A DNA stretch of 64,000 bases, taken from positions 134,011-198,010 of the forward strand of contig CAWCJS010000005.1 of the NCBI GenBank assembly GCA_963795795.1. Direction: 5' to 3'. A model generated the notes under the pieces. It made no database searches, was not told the origin of the DNA, and was given only the letters and a program-made list of their open reading frames with translations. The stretch's first letter is position 1. Every line of letters starts with the position of its first letter. Shown here one piece after another: positions 62,349-64,000 of this stretch. The translations under genes were made by a program, and so were the position numbers. This DNA comes from an uncultured Actinomycetes bacterium. Lineage in GTDB: Bacteria > Actinomycetota > Actinomycetes > Streptosporangiales > Streptosporangiaceae.

Positions 62349-63851
62349 TCACCCCAGGCTAGCTGCCGGGTCGGGTGCGGTGAGCGGCTCCAGCAGCTCG
62401 ACGAGCTCCTGCTGGTCGAAGTGGCGGGCCCAGCTGAGCGGGGTTCCGTTGAACCGGTGGTCGCGGATGTCGGGATCGGCGCCCAGCCGGAGCAGGGTCC
62501 TGGCCAGCTCCAGGTTCCCGACACCGGCCGCGTGGTGCAGCGCCGTCTGCCACGGCTGATCGCTCGGCATGTCGGTGCGCCCCTTGGCGTTGACGTCGAA
62601 GCCCAGCTCGGCCAGGACCTCGACGGCGGCGGGCCGACCGCAGGCGGCGGCCCAGGTCAGCAGGGCCGGACGCGCTGCACGGACCTCGTCGGCGAGGCCG
62701 GGATGCTCGCCGCGCAGCCGGTCAACGGCGGCGCGGTCGGCGGCCAGCACGGCGGTGATGAACGCGTCCGCCGGATCGAGATCGAGCGGCGGGGCGCCGT
62801 GCGCGACCAGGTAGTCGACGAGGTCGGCGTGACCGGTGGTGGCGGCCATGGAGGTCGTCGTTTCGCCGCCGTCGAACGGGGACACCACGTCCGCGCCGTG
62901 GGTGACCAGCAGGTCGACCCGTTCGGTCATCCCGTGGGTGATCGCCCAGACGAGCTGGCCGCGGATCATCTCGGCCGGGGTGTCGAGGGCGTCGCCCAGA
63001 CGCCTGCGCCACGGGCCGCCGTCGCCGGTGCCGAGGCCGAACTCGAAGAGCAGCTCCAGGTGGTCGTTGCCGGGCTCGAACATCCGGTTGTACAGGGCCT
63101 GCCCGTCGTTCGGGTCGGCACCCGCCTCGAGGAGGAGACGGGCGAGGGCGAGGGAGTGCGGGTGGCGGGGTGCCCGGACCGGGCCGAGCTCCCCTTCGCC
63201 GAACACGCCGGTCAGCACCGTGAACGGGCTGGTGAGCCCGTGCCAGAGGTAGCCGGCGTTCGGATCGGCGCCGGCGTCTAGCAGGAGCCGGGCCGCGGTC
63301 AGCACCGAGTCCGCCTTGATCGCCGGGTCGTGGCGCGCGTAGGCCAGGTAGACCAGCGGCTCCCAGCGGAAGGGGCCGCCCTCCAGGCGGGCGGCGGCCG
63401 GGTCGGCGTCCAGGAACCGGCGCAGCGCCCCGGTATCGGCCGCCGCGGCCGCGACGTGCACGCTGTCGCCGGTGATCTCGGGGTGCTCGGCCAGCAGCCG
63501 ATGCGCTTGCGCCCGGCGCTCGGGCTGGTCGCCGTCGGCGTAAGACAGGCACGCTAGGCGGAGGAAGGTGTCGTCCAGGGCGCCGTCGTCATCGACGCGG
63601 TCGGGATAGCGGCTGTAGTGCTCGATGGTCTCGACGTGGCGCTTGAGGCGGGCCCAGCTCGCGAAGCCGTACCGGCGCGCCACCACCAGCTGCGCCGTGC
63701 GCAGCGGGACCTCCCCGGTTGCGTCCGGGGCGTGCTCGGTGACCTCCGCCAGAGCGCCGGGGTCACCGGCCAGGACCGCGCGACGTAGGTCCTTGGCTTG
63801 CTTGCGAAGCTGCTCGAAGTTCGGCTCGTCGGGCAGGGGGATGACTGGCAT
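62349..63851 (-). CDS. ankyrin-repeat protein
   Basis: Repeated LLLDAGADPN, LLLEAGADPN, LVTHGADV and LLRLGADPDIRD ankyrin cores, plus ALHHAAGVGNLELARTLL. Confidence 0.8.
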   Translation of the reverse strand: MPVIPLPDEPNFEQLRKQAKDLRRAVLAGDPGALAEVTEHAPDATGEVPLRTAQLVVARRYGFASWARLKRHVETIEHYSRYPDRVDDDGALDDTFLRLACLSYADGDQPERRAQAHRLLAEHPEITGDSVHVAAAAADTGALRRFLDADPAAARLEGGPFRWEPLVYLAYARHDPAIKADSVLTAARLLLDAGADPNAGYLWHGLTSPFTVLTGVFGEGELGPVRAPRHPHSLALARLLLEAGADPNDGQALYNRMFEPGNDHLELLFEFGLGTGDGGPWRRRLGDALDTPAEMIRGQLVWAITHGMTERVDLLVTHGADVVSPFDGGETTTSMAATTGHADLVDYLVAHGAPPLDLDPADAFITAVLAADRAAVDRLRGEHPGLADEVRAARPALLTWAAACGRPAAVEVLAELGFDVNAKGRTDMPSDQPWQTALHHAAGVGNLELARTLLRLGADPDIRDHRFNGTPLSWARHFDQQELVELLEPLTAPDPAASLG

Positions 63852-64000
63852 CGCGACTCCTTTCGCGTGCCTGCGGTCCGCGTCGCGAGGCCGAAAGGAG
63901 GTGGAGCACCAATCTCGGTCAGGGCCAGCTCAGGCGGGCTCTGCCCTTTCCGCGGACCGGAGGCCCCCTGCGGGCCTAACCCAGCTTAACCCAGCGACGT

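Overview
High-G+C (about 70% or more) chromosomal segment from an actinomycete, probably a filamentous one; I cannot name the genus. Most of it is ordinary metabolism and regulation. This includes pentose-phosphate genes (rpiA, pgl), a NiCoT nickel/cobalt transporter, an ACC-deaminase cluster and a DeoR-controlled kinase/dehydrogenase operon. It also includes a CoA-transferase/citryl-CoA-lyase pair, a sugar ABC transporter with a bicupin and an XRE-cupin regulator, and many one-component regulators (ArsR, HxlR, MerR, PadR, TetR, ECF sigma).

The most interesting part is 46.9-56.5 kb, a compositionally mosaic accessory stretch. It holds (i) a TIR-domain protein with an uncharacterised C-terminal region, on lower-GC DNA. 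It holds (ii) a very low-GC gene fusing a membrane module to a HAD phosphatase. It holds (iii) a two-gene module: a small Bell-like helical protein ends in a G/V/Q/N-rich motif, and that motif recurs at the N-terminus of the adjacent 1327-aa STAND NTPase-TM-14xWD40 protein. This looks like a bacterial NLR with an amyloid-signalling layout.

A second unexplained unit is a four-gene minus-strand operon at 38.9-41.9 kb: a multi-zinc-ribbon protein, a (GPGGFA)n repeat protein, a DUF1707/LiaF-like protein and a small ORF. Several tandem repeat arrays and a duplicated 45-nt element are also present.

Major caveat: at least 11 otherwise intact genes carry single-base frame disruptions. This suggests indel errors in the assembly rather than true pseudogenes. 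All homology calls come from motif recognition by eye; no searches were run.
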